From a virus, in IMG/VR virus record IMGVR_UViG_3300003690_000003, positions 106,862 to 170,861 of that record: a DNA stretch of 64,000 nt, one strand, 5' to 3'. The notes under the pieces were generated by a model that was not told the origin of the DNA, searched no databases, and saw only the letters and a list, made by a program, of their open reading frames with translations. Shown piece by piece: positions 19,422 to 30,323 of the stretch; position 1 is the first letter of the stretch; the number at the start of each line of letters is the position of its first letter. Position numbers and translations under genes: made by a program.

Positions 19422-21226
19422 TAAACCACGCTTCCTTGTATATCTACGTTTGGATACTTGATCTCAAATGCTGAATCCCTATCAGCTTTTATATATCTTC
19501 CATCGTTTGAAAGGTGTGCATCCAAATCAAAGTTAAAATTCGAATAAGGGTCACCGCTTTTTGCTATAAGCTTCACATCTAAAACGTCTATTACGTTGGG
19601 TACTTTTTGAAGTTCTTTATAAATATCTCCAATATAAAGGTCTTCGCCAATGTCGTACGTTGTATTGATAAAGTAGGTTCTCAATCTACTGGTGGCCGTA
19701 GCTAAAGCATTGTATTTATTCTCTTCGTAATCAGTTATTATAACAAATTCAACTCCAAAATTAACCACTTGAGCATCTAAAATATCAATCGTATCATTTA
19801 TTACTTTATAACGCGACAGCCATGTTTTTAAATTTTGTTTAATGGTTGAATTAGTATTCACTAAAAATCCATTATTATCTTCCGATAAAATATACATATT
19901 AAGATTTCTTTTGAAGGAATCAAAATCACGTAAAATCGTACATCTTTTAACAGCTCCAAAACTAGGAGGCATTGCATAAGAGATTGCCTGATAGTCCTGG
20001 ATGGTCACGGCCCTGTTTTGAGTTGCATAATAACTGAACACGCGCTGTTTGATTTCTTCTGTTGAGGGAAGTGATACGTCACCTAGGATGGGCTCCTCAT
20101 TATTAACTTCTAGAGAAGATAAAACAGTATTTCTTTTCGCTCCGTTAAGAGATCCTTCGTTTTCAAACTGTAAAATAGGAATAGCAACTGTCGTAAGAGT
20201 ATTGGCTGCAATATTAACATCACTTGCGTCATTAACTCGATAGTGAATCGTCAAGGTTGTATTTGCCGGCGCAATGCCAAACTTGTCGGTATCAGTGAGA
20301 TTAGTAGGATCAAACTCCTTGTCTGTGGTATAATCGCGGCCGTGGAGTTTCAATGTAATCTTGCTTGGATCTAAAACAGATGCATTTGTTAGCTCAGTAT
20401 CGCTCCCGTATCCAAACTGTAAAAATGCGTCGGTTCTGCTTCTCTCTAAAGTAAAACGTCGAATAGCTGGCACAGCCTTTAAAATCGAAGGGACACTATT
20501 TTTATCTGCATTGTTGTTTCTGATTGCTTTATAGATTACTTCTTGGGCCAGATGTTCTACTTCAAAATATTCATGACCCTCTGAATCTGATACCGACATA
20601 ATCTCCGTTACAGCCGGTGAGGCAAGCGGAACTTTCAGAAACCTTTGGTATTCGCCAATAGTTTTGGCCTCGCGTTCCATTCGGCCAGAAATAACCTTTC
20701 CGGAAGCTTTAGCCGCAAACCCAGTAGGTGAATTAGTAGTTCCATCAACGGTTGTGATTATAATTTCATTTCCGGCGGCTCCAAAATAAATATCTTCAGT
20801 GAGAGTAAATGTCTTGCCGCCCACGGAAGTAAACTGACTACTGGCTCGAAGAGTCGGATAATAATCTGTATCTGGCGCACCTAAAGAGTCGGCCGGTACT
20901 GTAACATAAAACTGTGCTGTTCCAACAGAAGTTGCACTATCGGTATACTTCCAACCTAATTGGCGCGCTAGCCGTACTACATTATCATATTCTAAAGCAC
21001 TATCCAAAAAAGACTCATTCACTTGATAATCCAAATAAAATGATAAAATATCTCCTATATAAGAAACCGAATCTAATACGAGCGATCCAAAGCCTGCCTC
21101 ATTGAAATCCTTAAAACTCTCAGGATAATAACGCTTTGCGTATCCCACCAGTTCCGTTTTAATCGATTCAAAATCCCGACTAGTATAGTTTACTGCTTTT
21201 ATTTTCTTTCTAGAGTTTGAAGGCAT
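19421..21226 (-). CDS. baseplate wedge subunit (T4 gp6 / baseplate J-like)
   Basis: NYTSRDFESIK...SYIGDILSFYLDYQVNESFLDSA...VVRLARQLG N-terminus and QNRAVTIQDY motif are characteristic. Confidence 0.9.
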   Translation of the reverse strand: MPSNSRKKIKAVNYTSRDFESIKTELVGYAKRYYPESFKDFNEAGFGSLVLDSVSYIGDILSFYLDYQVNESFLDSALEYDNVVRLARQLGWKYTDSATSVGTAQFYVTVPADSLGAPDTDYYPTLRASSQFTSVGGKTFTLTEDIYFGAAGNEIIITTVDGTTNSPTGFAAKASGKVISGRMEREAKTIGEYQRFLKVPLASPAVTEIMSVSDSEGHEYFEVEHLAQEVIYKAIRNNNADKNSVPSILKAVPAIRRFTLERSRTDAFLQFGYGSDTELTNASVLDPSKITLKLHGRDYTTDKEFDPTNLTDTDKFGIAPANTTLTIHYRVNDASDVNIAANTLTTVAIPILQFENEGSLNGAKRNTVLSSLEVNNEEPILGDVSLPSTEEIKQRVFSYYATQNRAVTIQDYQAISYAMPPSFGAVKRCTILRDFDSFKRNLNMYILSEDNNGFLVNTNSTIKQNLKTWLSRYKVINDTIDILDAQVVNFGVEFVIITDYEENKYNALATATSRLRTYFINTTYDIGEDLYIGDIYKELQKVPNVIDVLDVKLIAKSGDPYSNFNFDLDAHLSNDGRYIKADRDSAFEIKYPNVDIQGSVV

Positions 21227-21242
21227 TTTATATCTCCCTATA

Positions 21243-21638
21243 TTAGATTCCAGATTCGCTTTCTAGTATATCTACCCGGTCAGTATCTTGAAGGGGAATG
21301 ATTGTATATCTAACAGAAACTCCCAAAACATTAGGATTGCCTCTCATATCATCACCACTGTGAAAATCAACATGGTTTACCGTAACAAAAGGCATATATT
21401 TCTTTACCTGAGCGTTAATCTTTTCACTTATTTCTCCATAGGTGGCTCCTGTCATAGGTTCAAAAAAATAAGATCGCAAACCGATACCAAAATGAATATC
21501 CATAACGCGCTCGCCTTGGTTTGTTAGCAGTAAATTTTTCAAGTTTTGCTTAATCATTTCTTTATAGGTGATATTCAAATTATAAAAACCAAACTGATCA
21601 TCATATCGAAGAGGAAATTTTGGTGACAAGCCTTTCAT
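21243..21638 (-). CDS. baseplate gp25/GPW-like sheath initiator
   Basis: IKQNLKNLLLTNQGERVMDIHFGIGLRSYFFEP motif; adjacent to gp6. Confidence 0.9.
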   Translation of the reverse strand: MKGLSPKFPLRYDDQFGFYNLNITYKEMIKQNLKNLLLTNQGERVMDIHFGIGLRSYFFEPMTGATYGEISEKINAQVKKYMPFVTVNHVDFHSGDDMRGNPNVLGVSVRYTIIPLQDTDRVDILESESGI

Positions 21639-21652
21639 ATCTTTAACCTTTT

Positions 21653-21695
21653 TAATTAGTTATGTAAAAAGTTATTTGGTACATTTATAAATAGA
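21653..21695 (-). promoter_or_regulatory. two candidate phage late-promoter boxes (ACTAATTA 21653-21660, TCTATTTATA 21686-21695)
   Basis: In the intergenic gap upstream of gp25; the same motif recurs before several other genes. Confidence 0.5.
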
Positions 21696-21733
21696 GATCG
21701 GTGCATAAGTCTATTAAAAAAACTTATTGTTAT

Positions 21734-24700
21734 TTATGTACAATCTATCGGATCAAGACCTCCACCTCCATCTGTGGTATCGGATACATCATCTATCTCT
21801 GCTTCGATTCGGTCAGGTTCTTCCTCACAACTATAAGTCGATGAAGGCTCCCGCGGTTCTGGCGGAGGTCCAAGTTGTGGAGGTGCAGGGGCGGGGAGGG
21901 AAGGACACTGTTGTACGGCGTCCACAAGAGCTGGATTAAACTCTCCTTCTGGCGGATATCCTTCAAAAAGCCTTAAAAGAATGTATATTATACCCAAAGG
22001 CCCCGGAGGTAATGCAAATATATAAGGTATTGTTCCTATTAAATTTAAGCCGTCAGGACTTACAGATGGTCGAATAAACTTCGGTGCATTACCAAATTTC
22101 TCTGCAATCCTGTTATCCATAAACTCTACCAAATCGAACTCCGCTATTTCTTCAGCGGCCGCTTCCTGTTCCGCTAGCGCTGCTGCCACAGCGCCGCCAG
22201 CTTGCGCAAGATCTGTGACTCTGCTGGCCTGCTCGATTATCTGCCCGCTAACGTCTTTAATAATCTTTCCAACTACTACGTGAGGATCAATCATTTCCGC
22301 AAGTCCTTTAAGAATCCGTATGGGGGTTTCTATAAGCATCTTTAATATAAAAGATTGCCCCATCTCTGCAAATGGTTCACCAAACGCTGCACCAATACCC
22401 AACATTGCATCGGCAAGAGCATCCGAAGAGGCTCGGCTTTCAGGATCTGTAAACGCATAATCATCTCCTGCTAAGGCCGCTCTCAGTATCATTCGAAGCG
22501 ATATTTTGGTATCATTAAACATGGTTGTAAAGTCACCAGATAGCATATCGGCAGAACGAAGTCCAATCGTAAACAAAAACTGCATTAGAGCATCACTATC
22601 ATATGCGGGTGATGGCATCTGGTAGCCCGGGTTCTTAAATAGCTTTTTGTATCCTTCATCGTTTACAATCTGATTTGCCACCTGAGTTCCATAACTAAGT
22701 TGAGTGCGGGTATCTCTAAGGAACGGCCTTACTACATCATACATCCGAGTATCGACATATTTACTTTCCTGGGCGCCTCCACGTCTTTGAATATCGCGAG
22801 ATCGCGCTGATATATCAAGAGATCCCACTGTTCCTGCGAGGGAAACTTCCCCCTTAATTCCTGTATCAACTCCCCATATCCGGCCGGTGTTGGTCGCTCC
22901 TGGATCCGCGCTCTGTATAATCCAGTTGGACTTAGTTTTATAATAATGCTGTCTATACTTGTTATTTACCGGCTGTGGAGGAGGTGTGTCGGGCGGTGCA
23001 TATTCAGTACCCGGGCAGCCGCGGCCGGCCAGCAGCGCCAGATCGACACCCAGGCCGATGTATTGATCGATCGTAGCTGAGCTGAGACATTCTGGGACTT
23101 CCTGCTGAACAGGAGTACCTGGTGCCACAGTCGCAGCGACGAGTTCTCTCATCACCGGGTGTTCGAGAGACATTTTTGGAGAGTAATAAGCTATCCTTGA
23201 CCCCATCCGAATATCTTTAAGTACATGTGTTATTGTATTATCATAAGATTTATCGCCAGTTAAATACCCAGTTGAAGAGGGCCACCTTGCCTCATCCGGA
23301 GAGAAATCAGGCCCAAGCAAATCCGCTGCTGCCTCCATAAGAGCCCTAAACATTTGAGCCTCAGTCATCGCCTGGAGTTGCTGGGCACCCGGGGCTGGGC
23401 CGGGGTCATTGCTGGTTCCAGTAGAATTACCCAGCATTGCCTGAAACTCATCCCACTTCATGTCCCTAATTTGTTCCTCCATCGCTACCTGGCGCTCGCC
23501 ATCCTGGCTAACAAGCCATATATCTACAACCTCGAAGTCTCCACTGGCTAGCCCCGGCAAGCTTGGACACTTCGAAGGATCCGAGGGGCCCGGGCCAACG
23601 CGGGGATCTTGACACCTCAACTGACTACCCGGAGATTTATGCCATTTAAAGGGAACACTAATATCGCCGTGTGGTGTCCTGCGGCCCTTATATGCTGGGT
23701 GGTGGCGCTGTTCGTCGTCGTGGCCGGAGCTGGGAGTGGAGGGGTAATCACTCGCGTTCCAAAAGACTTTATCCCATCCCCATCGATGCGGCGGCGCAAT
23801 AGTATTGTTGGCATAACCTAACTGTAACTTTGCTTGAAGTAACTTATCCGGTAAGTATGTACTCGCAACTTCTACGCGCCGGTCGATCTCGGTAACAGCA
23901 TAATCTACATCTCCAGAAATGCCGCCATTGCCTGTATATTGTGCCCAGTCTTCATGAGGTTCGTTAAGCTCGTTGATCATGGAGGGATATTGAAAAAATC
24001 TAACTGCCCAGTCGGCATACCCATCTCCATCCGCATCCCCTTCCTGCACCGCTGGCCAATCAACACCAGCAGGACCGAGATCATTGCCCGAACCAATCCC
24101 ATCATGCCACCTTCGACCATAACCAAGAAGTGTCCAGGTCGGGTATCCTGTCCAAACAGCTTCGTTATAATCGCTGGGGTATAAGTCATTTTTACGCAAA
24201 CGATATTGAATATCTCCCGTTCCTAGCGAGGTGATCGTGTTCCTTGCGGGGGCCTCGGCCTCGCCGTAGCCGGGGCCGGTACGTGGCTTGTCTACTTTCC
24301 ACCAATAAACCGTTATCCTGTTATGAAGATCATCATATCGATTGCTTGATTCTACTATTTGATCAGATATCCAATCTTTTCTATACATATAGCGGCTGGC
24401 AGCCCATCCGCCGGTGCGAGCAGCTTCAGTAAGATGAGCATTGCCGCCCGGGGTCATCGAACCCCCGGGTTGCTGGTCGAGATCCCAGGGATCGTCCATA
24501 GTGCCATTAGCTACGAACGGATATATAAGAGGCGTCGTAGCTTCAACAGAGAGAGACGTTTGAGAGTGCTGAAACCCAAGACCGACGCCCCCGGCGGTGT
24601 GGCCGATCTGGCGCGTCCAGCTCCAAACCGACGGCAGTCCTAGGTGTTTGATTACCTTGCGCCGGAAAGAGCTGCCGCCCTCTTCAAATAAATCTCCCTC

Positions 24701-27700
24701 GAAGGCCACGTCTACACCGCCCGCGGGGATCGTAGTGGGATCCTGGTGGTCACCGCCGTACCAGCCGCTGCGATCCATATAAGTACCGGGGCCTCGTCCG
24801 GCGATGTCGTCTTGAAGGTTTGCTTGCGCGGAATCGGGTTGGCGTACTTCATTCCACCAAAACCTAATTGCATCATAATTGTTTTTTCGTATCGGTCCTC
24901 GAACAGCATGATAGTATTCTCGCCCCGCTACCTTCTCGGCGTGGCCTGGCTTGCCGCAGTTAGCAGTCTCACAACCTAGCCCAAGATTAATCCCTTTTTT
25001 ATCACCGGCATGCCGGTGATCGTATGAACCATTGCCGGCCCTGCCTTTCCAGTAATACCAGGGACTCTCATGCTGTATGGTTCTTACTATATACATCACT
25101 GATACACTGTCCAGGCTAGTATCAGGTTTTGTATCACTAGCCCGAACGGTATTAACAAATGTATTAAATCGATCGATACTAACGACCATATCATTCCAGT
25201 TTGACGCATAAGTATATTCGCCCTCTTGGGTCGATGTATCAAACGGAATAGGTAAAAGTTTATCCATCCATTCTTTAATCTGGCCGGCGCGACGCAGGTT
25301 CTCCTCTGCCATCATCGCGGCCTTAACGGCGTTATCTGCTTCTACCGAACCTGCTATGGGGGTTCCGGCAAGCATATTGTTTAGATTATCCATATTTACA
25401 GCTAGTTTAATATAGTTTTCGCGAACAAACACACCATGGTTTGCGGCCAAAAGAGCCTCATCCTCCGATATTGTATCAGACATAACCCCGGGGTATCGCA
25501 AAGATGTTCCATAATTATAGTCCACTTCCCTGGCGGCCGTTATTGTCTCAACTCCTTGCTGGTCCGTTGTTGTTATCTCTGGCTCTTCAAGTTCCCATGT
25601 AAATATATCTCCCCAGCCGGAGGCCCTTTTTAACTGTGGTTTAATCGGAGCCGAAGGATTGACTGTAAGTGGGAAATCAAGAACATCGGAAGTTGGCAAT
25701 CCATACAATAAGAAAGAGGTGTCAGCGCCGGCGGTCTGCTTCCCAAACGCGGTATTAATAATATCTGCCATTTTGACTAATCTTTTGCGAATCACATATT
25801 CTAGAGCATATTTGCCATATGTGTCATTTAGCATAACCGTTGTTAGATCGACCGCTTCTTCGCGAGGTCCCGCAGCATCGATCGCTGCCATCACATCGAG
25901 CGGGATTATTTCAGGAGCTCCATCTGGATCTGTCGGATTTGGAAGATGTCTTCCGGGGTCCAGTTCGTGGGCTGATGACTGGGCGCGAATTCTGAGCTTA
26001 TCAACATGCATTATTGATGCTTTAGTCAATGCTATTAACATTTGTCTTTCTAGCCTGTCCTCTCTTCCCTCGTTGGCGTCTAAGGGCATTGTCGATGTAG
26101 CGCCAATGCTACCATATATTGCTTCAATAATGTTCGTTCTAACAAACTCACCACTAAGCCAATCGGCATCTAGCCCGTATGCATCAAGCAAAAAGATATT
26201 TTTAAGAAGTTGTTCTAATAAAAGAACCTGCACATAGGCATTCAGGACTGCATAAATTAGCGCATCCTCGACCGGTCCTATCACACAAGTTTTATCTGTA
26301 CACGAGTTTTCTTCAAACTCGTTTAAAGCTTCTTGAATAATACCATCAATATCTAACAAATCATTACCAAATGTAGCACCATTGGGACATGGTATGGGTA
26401 CTAATGATAGTTTTTTAAGCTCTCCTACACTAAAAAGCTTTGAATTTCGCACATTATATGCTAGTGAATTAAACAAAGATATATATGCTGAAAAATATAA
26501 GGACTTCTTACAGGCCTGCCTTAATAACGTTGGATCCTGCTCGAAGCCGGTACTCCCGGGACCAATAGGAGGATTGTAAAGCTCAAAAGTGGAAATATAA
26601 TGATCAAATACGGATGATTCAAAAGCAGATGCTAAAAATTCTCGACCGTCACAAGAGAATTGAAAGTTATCACCTCCGTCTGCGCACTGGTAAGTGGCGG
26701 AGGCGCCCTCCGCGGGTACCGGGTATCTTTCAATCCCCGTCTCAGTTGTATAGGTTAAGGGAAACAGAGAGGCGGCCGACCCTGCCGGTACTTGTCCGGG
26801 GGAAAAATAGATATAAGAGCTTAACTCCGGATTATTATAATCTATTATAAGAATAGAGAAATACATATTATTGTAATCGGGGAGCGGGTTGAGCGAGACA
26901 CTTGAATTATTACTAAGCCATGGAGAACTAATATTACGATCCAAACCGGCTAAGTTGTCTTTATACCCCGGGGCAACGTTGTATGTGATGGATATACCAG
27001 CACAAGCGGAACCCCGGCCTGAATCAGTAGCTTCGAATAGTCTTGCTATCCCAGCAATTTGAGGATTGCTCATTAATCGTGAAGGGAACAAACTCATTAA
27101 CTGTTCTCCGGGAGGATCTCGATCAGACTCAGTCAGCGCACCTTCGTCGTCGCGCGGGCTCGGAGGAGTGGGAAGAGCGCCGGCTTCTTCCAAAGCATCC
27201 ATAAGCGCCGCATTTTCTGTACTGCATCCGGGTGTAGGTACAAGCAATATATCTCTTAACAAAGAAATATCACGTATAAAGGCAGTTTTTGGTATATCAA
27301 AAAGACCAGTAAACATGGTAGTAATAGAGTGATTGAGTGCCGGCATGCTTGCAAAGGCCGGTACTACTCCAGCTCCACAGCCCAAATCAGGAATAGCCCC
27401 GTCCATCAAACCGGCCCCATTGTCATAAGCGTCCAAAAGAGCATCAAAAATACTGGGGTCTACGGCCTCCGTTAACATCTCTTCTATGGTACAGGGATCC
27501 AGGTCATCGACGTTAATGGGCGGCTCGGCATATACTGATTCACAATAATCATTTGAAACACAGCCCCCCACGCATATAAAAAAATCTACTATTCGTGCAT
27601 CATTAAAAAGTATCGCACTCAAAGAGGTATTGCCCCCTTCTAAAAAGTCGGGTTCTGTGCTCAATATATTCTTAATAACTTCCACTACTCTTTCAGAGGC

Positions 27701-29314
27701 AGCTCCATTAATTAAATCGCATGTTTCACGAGGTGTTATATTCTGCGCCACCTTCGCTAAAAATGAATCGCCTGTTTCAGAAACTATATTAAACTCTTCG
27801 TAACAAGATTCAAGGCATGCTTGAATGTTGGGTTCATCCTTGGCGATCCGTGTAGGTTGCGGATAAAGATCGATTAAAGAATTGATAGGAATTGCCTCTC
27901 CAACTTCTTCTTCATCTTGGCCGCGGCAAAGCTCAACAATTATATCTGCGAGTGTTTGAGTTACTGCTAGTAACGCATCATAGGCGGCATCTATTAGTCC
28001 TTGTTTAATTTCTTCTACTATGCCTTTGGCGATATCAACAGTAGGAAGATCGATTTCTATTTTAGGAATTTTGAGAATAAGCGGTTTTGGCATTATATCA
28101 TAAGGATTAAGGCCCGGGATGGGAGGAAGCGTTCGGAGGGTCCACCCGGATTTTATAGCCAAACATTCTAAGGCCGCCATGATCAGATTATCAATTCCGT
28201 ACTTGTTTATAAACTCTTGAACTATTTCAACTTTTGCTTCAGCGTCCTTCATCTTTTCGGCGACTTTTTGAAGCTTCTTTTCCATCTTCTTTCTTTCAGG
28301 ATCTTTTTCCATGGCCTGACGAAGCATGGCTAGCTGTACTACTGGGTCTTTAAGTTTCTTCTTGTTTTCTTCTTCGGTTTCCTTATCTATAAAGGGTTTT
28401 TGGCCCTTTTTCTGCTCATTTTCTTCGGTAGGAGAGTGGGGGCGCCCAAAAAAGTTAACTTCTACATTTGGCAAAAACTTAGCTATAAACTCCGACCACG
28501 TAGGAATTTGTCTACTTGTTTTAAGCCGATGTATTTTATGAAGCTGAAACAATAATCGATTGACGCGTGGATCTTTTAACCCTGGTGTGTCATATAAAAA
28601 ATACGTTTTCCCCTTTATAAGAGGTTTATCTAATCCGCGTTGAACCAGCGTAATATTAGTAATTTGATATGAACTATCAAATGCAATGCGTATTTTATCG
28701 TCCTCATAAGGTCGATATTTAAAGTCATTAAACTCAATAAATAATTTTATTTTCTTTACCGCGGCAAGAAGTTTGTTATAATCTTGTATAAAATTAACCG
28801 ATGGTTTTGTGCTTCCCTCAAAATATTTACTCTGACTCTGGAAACCGTTAAACATAGTCGAAATATCAGCTACTTGTCTATCGAACTTAGATGTTCGATA
28901 TTCTTCAACGTATATTGAAGAAGCCGCAGTATCGATCTTCTTCGGCGCTCCATCAACAACGCTTTTCTCAATAGAAAAAAGTAGAAGAGGGCGTGTCATT
29001 GGACGCGTAAAAAAGTGATAAGCCTCTCCAGTAGCGCTTGGCATCGGGGATGGAGCAGCCGCGGCTAATGGAAGTTCTTTGCCATAAAAATCATATATTT
29101 TTAGGACTGCTGACGCTTTTACAGGAATCGATGTTTCCCATAGGGTTCCCGGTAGTGCCAAAAGATCATAATAATCTGCTTCAGAAAGTGTTCGATCTAA
29201 CGTTTCCCCCCTAATCACTATTTTAATTAAGTCGCCCTCTACCCAAGGCCTGCCAACTTGACGCGCATACCATTTTCTTTGATTTAAAAGGTTCTCTCGG
29301 ACTCGTGAGCTCAT
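21734..29314 (-). CDS. giant hypothetical baseplate-associated protein
   Basis: 2526 aa between the gp5-like gene and gp25; Lys/Glu coiled coil, Cys-bearing acidic segments and a Trp/Gly/Asp-rich central region. Confidence 0.6.
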   Translation of the reverse strand: MSSRVRENLLNQRKWYARQVGRPWVEGDLIKIVIRGETLDRTLSEADYYDLLALPGTLWETSIPVKASAVLKIYDFYGKELPLAAAAPSPMPSATGEAYHFFTRPMTRPLLLFSIEKSVVDGAPKKIDTAASSIYVEEYRTSKFDRQVADISTMFNGFQSQSKYFEGSTKPSVNFIQDYNKLLAAVKKIKLFIEFNDFKYRPYEDDKIRIAFDSSYQITNITLVQRGLDKPLIKGKTYFLYDTPGLKDPRVNRLLFQLHKIHRLKTSRQIPTWSEFIAKFLPNVEVNFFGRPHSPTEENEQKKGQKPFIDKETEEENKKKLKDPVVQLAMLRQAMEKDPERKKMEKKLQKVAEKMKDAEAKVEIVQEFINKYGIDNLIMAALECLAIKSGWTLRTLPPIPGLNPYDIMPKPLILKIPKIEIDLPTVDIAKGIVEEIKQGLIDAAYDALLAVTQTLADIIVELCRGQDEEEVGEAIPINSLIDLYPQPTRIAKDEPNIQACLESCYEEFNIVSETGDSFLAKVAQNITPRETCDLINGAASERVVEVIKNILSTEPDFLEGGNTSLSAILFNDARIVDFFICVGGCVSNDYCESVYAEPPINVDDLDPCTIEEMLTEAVDPSIFDALLDAYDNGAGLMDGAIPDLGCGAGVVPAFASMPALNHSITTMFTGLFDIPKTAFIRDISLLRDILLVPTPGCSTENAALMDALEEAGALPTPPSPRDDEGALTESDRDPPGEQLMSLFPSRLMSNPQIAGIARLFEATDSGRGSACAGISITYNVAPGYKDNLAGLDRNISSPWLSNNSSVSLNPLPDYNNMYFSILIIDYNNPELSSYIYFSPGQVPAGSAASLFPLTYTTETGIERYPVPAEGASATYQCADGGDNFQFSCDGREFLASAFESSVFDHYISTFELYNPPIGPGSTGFEQDPTLLRQACKKSLYFSAYISLFNSLAYNVRNSKLFSVGELKKLSLVPIPCPNGATFGNDLLDIDGIIQEALNEFEENSCTDKTCVIGPVEDALIYAVLNAYVQVLLLEQLLKNIFLLDAYGLDADWLSGEFVRTNIIEAIYGSIGATSTMPLDANEGREDRLERQMLIALTKASIMHVDKLRIRAQSSAHELDPGRHLPNPTDPDGAPEIIPLDVMAAIDAAGPREEAVDLTTVMLNDTYGKYALEYVIRKRLVKMADIINTAFGKQTAGADTSFLLYGLPTSDVLDFPLTVNPSAPIKPQLKRASGWGDIFTWELEEPEITTTDQQGVETITAAREVDYNYGTSLRYPGVMSDTISEDEALLAANHGVFVRENYIKLAVNMDNLNNMLAGTPIAGSVEADNAVKAAMMAEENLRRAGQIKEWMDKLLPIPFDTSTQEGEYTYASNWNDMVVSIDRFNTFVNTVRASDTKPDTSLDSVSVMYIVRTIQHESPWYYWKGRAGNGSYDHRHAGDKKGINLGLGCETANCGKPGHAEKVAGREYYHAVRGPIRKNNYDAIRFWWNEVRQPDSAQANLQDDIAGRGPGTYMDRSGWYGGDHQDPTTIPAGGVDVAFEGDLFEEGGSSFRRKVIKHLGLPSVWSWTRQIGHTAGGVGLGFQHSQTSLSVEATTPLIYPFVANGTMDDPWDLDQQPGGSMTPGGNAHLTEAARTGGWAASRYMYRKDWISDQIVESSNRYDDLHNRITVYWWKVDKPRTGPGYGEAEAPARNTITSLGTGDIQYRLRKNDLYPSDYNEAVWTGYPTWTLLGYGRRWHDGIGSGNDLGPAGVDWPAVQEGDADGDGYADWAVRFFQYPSMINELNEPHEDWAQYTGNGGISGDVDYAVTEIDRRVEVASTYLPDKLLQAKLQLGYANNTIAPPHRWGWDKVFWNASDYPSTPSSGHDDEQRHHPAYKGRRTPHGDISVPFKWHKSPGSQLRCQDPRVGPGPSDPSKCPSLPGLASGDFEVVDIWLVSQDGERQVAMEEQIRDMKWDEFQAMLGNSTGTSNDPGPAPGAQQLQAMTEAQMFRALMEAAADLLGPDFSPDEARWPSSTGYLTGDKSYDNTITHVLKDIRMGSRIAYYSPKMSLEHPVMRELVAATVAPGTPVQQEVPECLSSATIDQYIGLGVDLALLAGRGCPGTEYAPPDTPPPQPVNNKYRQHYYKTKSNWIIQSADPGATNTGRIWGVDTGIKGEVSLAGTVGSLDISARSRDIQRRGGAQESKYVDTRMYDVVRPFLRDTRTQLSYGTQVANQIVNDEGYKKLFKNPGYQMPSPAYDSDALMQFLFTIGLRSADMLSGDFTTMFNDTKISLRMILRAALAGDDYAFTDPESRASSDALADAMLGIGAAFGEPFAEMGQSFILKMLIETPIRILKGLAEMIDPHVVVGKIIKDVSGQIIEQASRVTDLAQAGGAVAAALAEQEAAAEEIAEFDLVEFMDNRIAEKFGNAPKFIRPSVSPDGLNLIGTIPYIFALPPGPLGIIYILLRLFEGYPPEGEFNPALVDAVQQCPSLPAPAPPQLGPPPEPREPSSTYSCEEEPDRIEAEIDDVSDTTDGGGGLDPIDCT

Positions 29315-29328
29315 TTAATATCCTTTTC

Positions 29329-30312
29329 TTAGTTTGTAGTGTTGTAATCGCTACAAATAAAAGATTCAAATCCTTCTTTTAAATAATTATTTTCCCACAT
29401 TGACATATTAGTCATATGTGAGACAATGGATAATTCTGTTTGAGCCGTTTGTTGTACAATCGCCTTGATCGCATCTGCTATCATATCGGTGCTTGGCGAG
29501 GTAGATTGTCCATAAAAAGGAGATTTATGAGTATGAGATGCAACTTTCTGATTCATTGATCTTTGATATTTTAAGAACGAGTATACTATTTCTCTCAAAT
29601 CTTCAACCTGTTCACCCAACTTAAGAAGCGCATTTTTTAGATTAGTTCCTTTTACAAGCGGCTGAGAATCCGGATCGGGGCCCGGGCCTGCAATCAGATC
29701 AATACCGCTTATTCCTAGAACACGTTCGCCTCTAGCATCTCTTGCGTCTTGACTGGTAACAAGTTTGATACCTCCTCGCGACACGAGGCGGATTTGATCT
29801 GCTTTAAGAGCAATCGCCGAAGCCGCAATCGCATTTCCCACTTTGCCATCTGGAAGCTCAAAATAGTCATCAATGTCTGCTTTTTGACTAATATAAATAC
29901 GCGCAGCATCAATCTTAAAATCCGGATTTACTTTTATCGGGTTACCATCATCATCTCGTTCGCGAACATAAGATCCCATGCGCCCTACAACTAAATCTAT
30001 TGCACCTACCTGAGTGTGCCCCTTCCCCCCGTATCCTGTTACTGTCGCGCCAGGACGATCGCTTCCCAATACTAACCACGCATTTCGGCTATTATTGAAT
30101 ACTCGATCGCTTATAAGTTCATTATATAAAGGAACCGGTTCTATAGAACGATTACCAGCAATCCCCGACTTCTCAAACTTAAGATCATCCGGAGCATTAA
30201 TATAAGCTTCTAGTCTCTGCGGATTGGCAAAATCTAAAGCGACATTTTTATCGGGCCTAGGAGCTAAATATTTAGTCTTCTCGCCTACAAAATCGTCATT
30301 TTCACTGCTCAT
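29329..30312 (-). CDS. baseplate central spike (gp5/gpV C-terminal-like)
   Basis: Short beta-strand repeats (ARIYISQKADID, IALKADQIRLVSRGGIKLVT), PLVKG helix and C-terminal SHTH (HxH metal-binding spike-apex motif). Confidence 0.6.
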   Translation of the reverse strand: MSSENDDFVGEKTKYLAPRPDKNVALDFANPQRLEAYINAPDDLKFEKSGIAGNRSIEPVPLYNELISDRVFNNSRNAWLVLGSDRPGATVTGYGGKGHTQVGAIDLVVGRMGSYVRERDDDGNPIKVNPDFKIDAARIYISQKADIDDYFELPDGKVGNAIAASAIALKADQIRLVSRGGIKLVTSQDARDARGERVLGISGIDLIAGPGPDPDSQPLVKGTNLKNALLKLGEQVEDLREIVYSFLKYQRSMNQKVASHTHKSPFYGQSTSPSTDMIADAIKAIVQQTAQTELSIVSHMTNMSMWENNYLKEGFESFICSDYNTTN

Positions 30313-30323
30313 TCATTTTCCCT

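Noticed and set aside
25659-26237. 192-aa plus-strand ORF and other plus-strand ORFs such as 56375..56890
   Set aside because: They lie wholly opposite long minus-strand genes and show no recognisable motifs; the whole window is minus-strand coded.
21734-29314. Tape-measure protein
   Set aside because: It lacks long Ala/Gly-rich amphipathic repeats, is Pro- and Cys-rich, and sits between the spike gene and gp25.
19421-30312. Bacterial eCIS/T6SS/tailocin locus or eukaryotic giant virus
   Set aside because: The gp55-like sigma, PhoH, Cas4-like nuclease, tmRNA, Shine-Dalgarno sites, many small ORFans and absence of housekeeping operons favour a large tailed phage.
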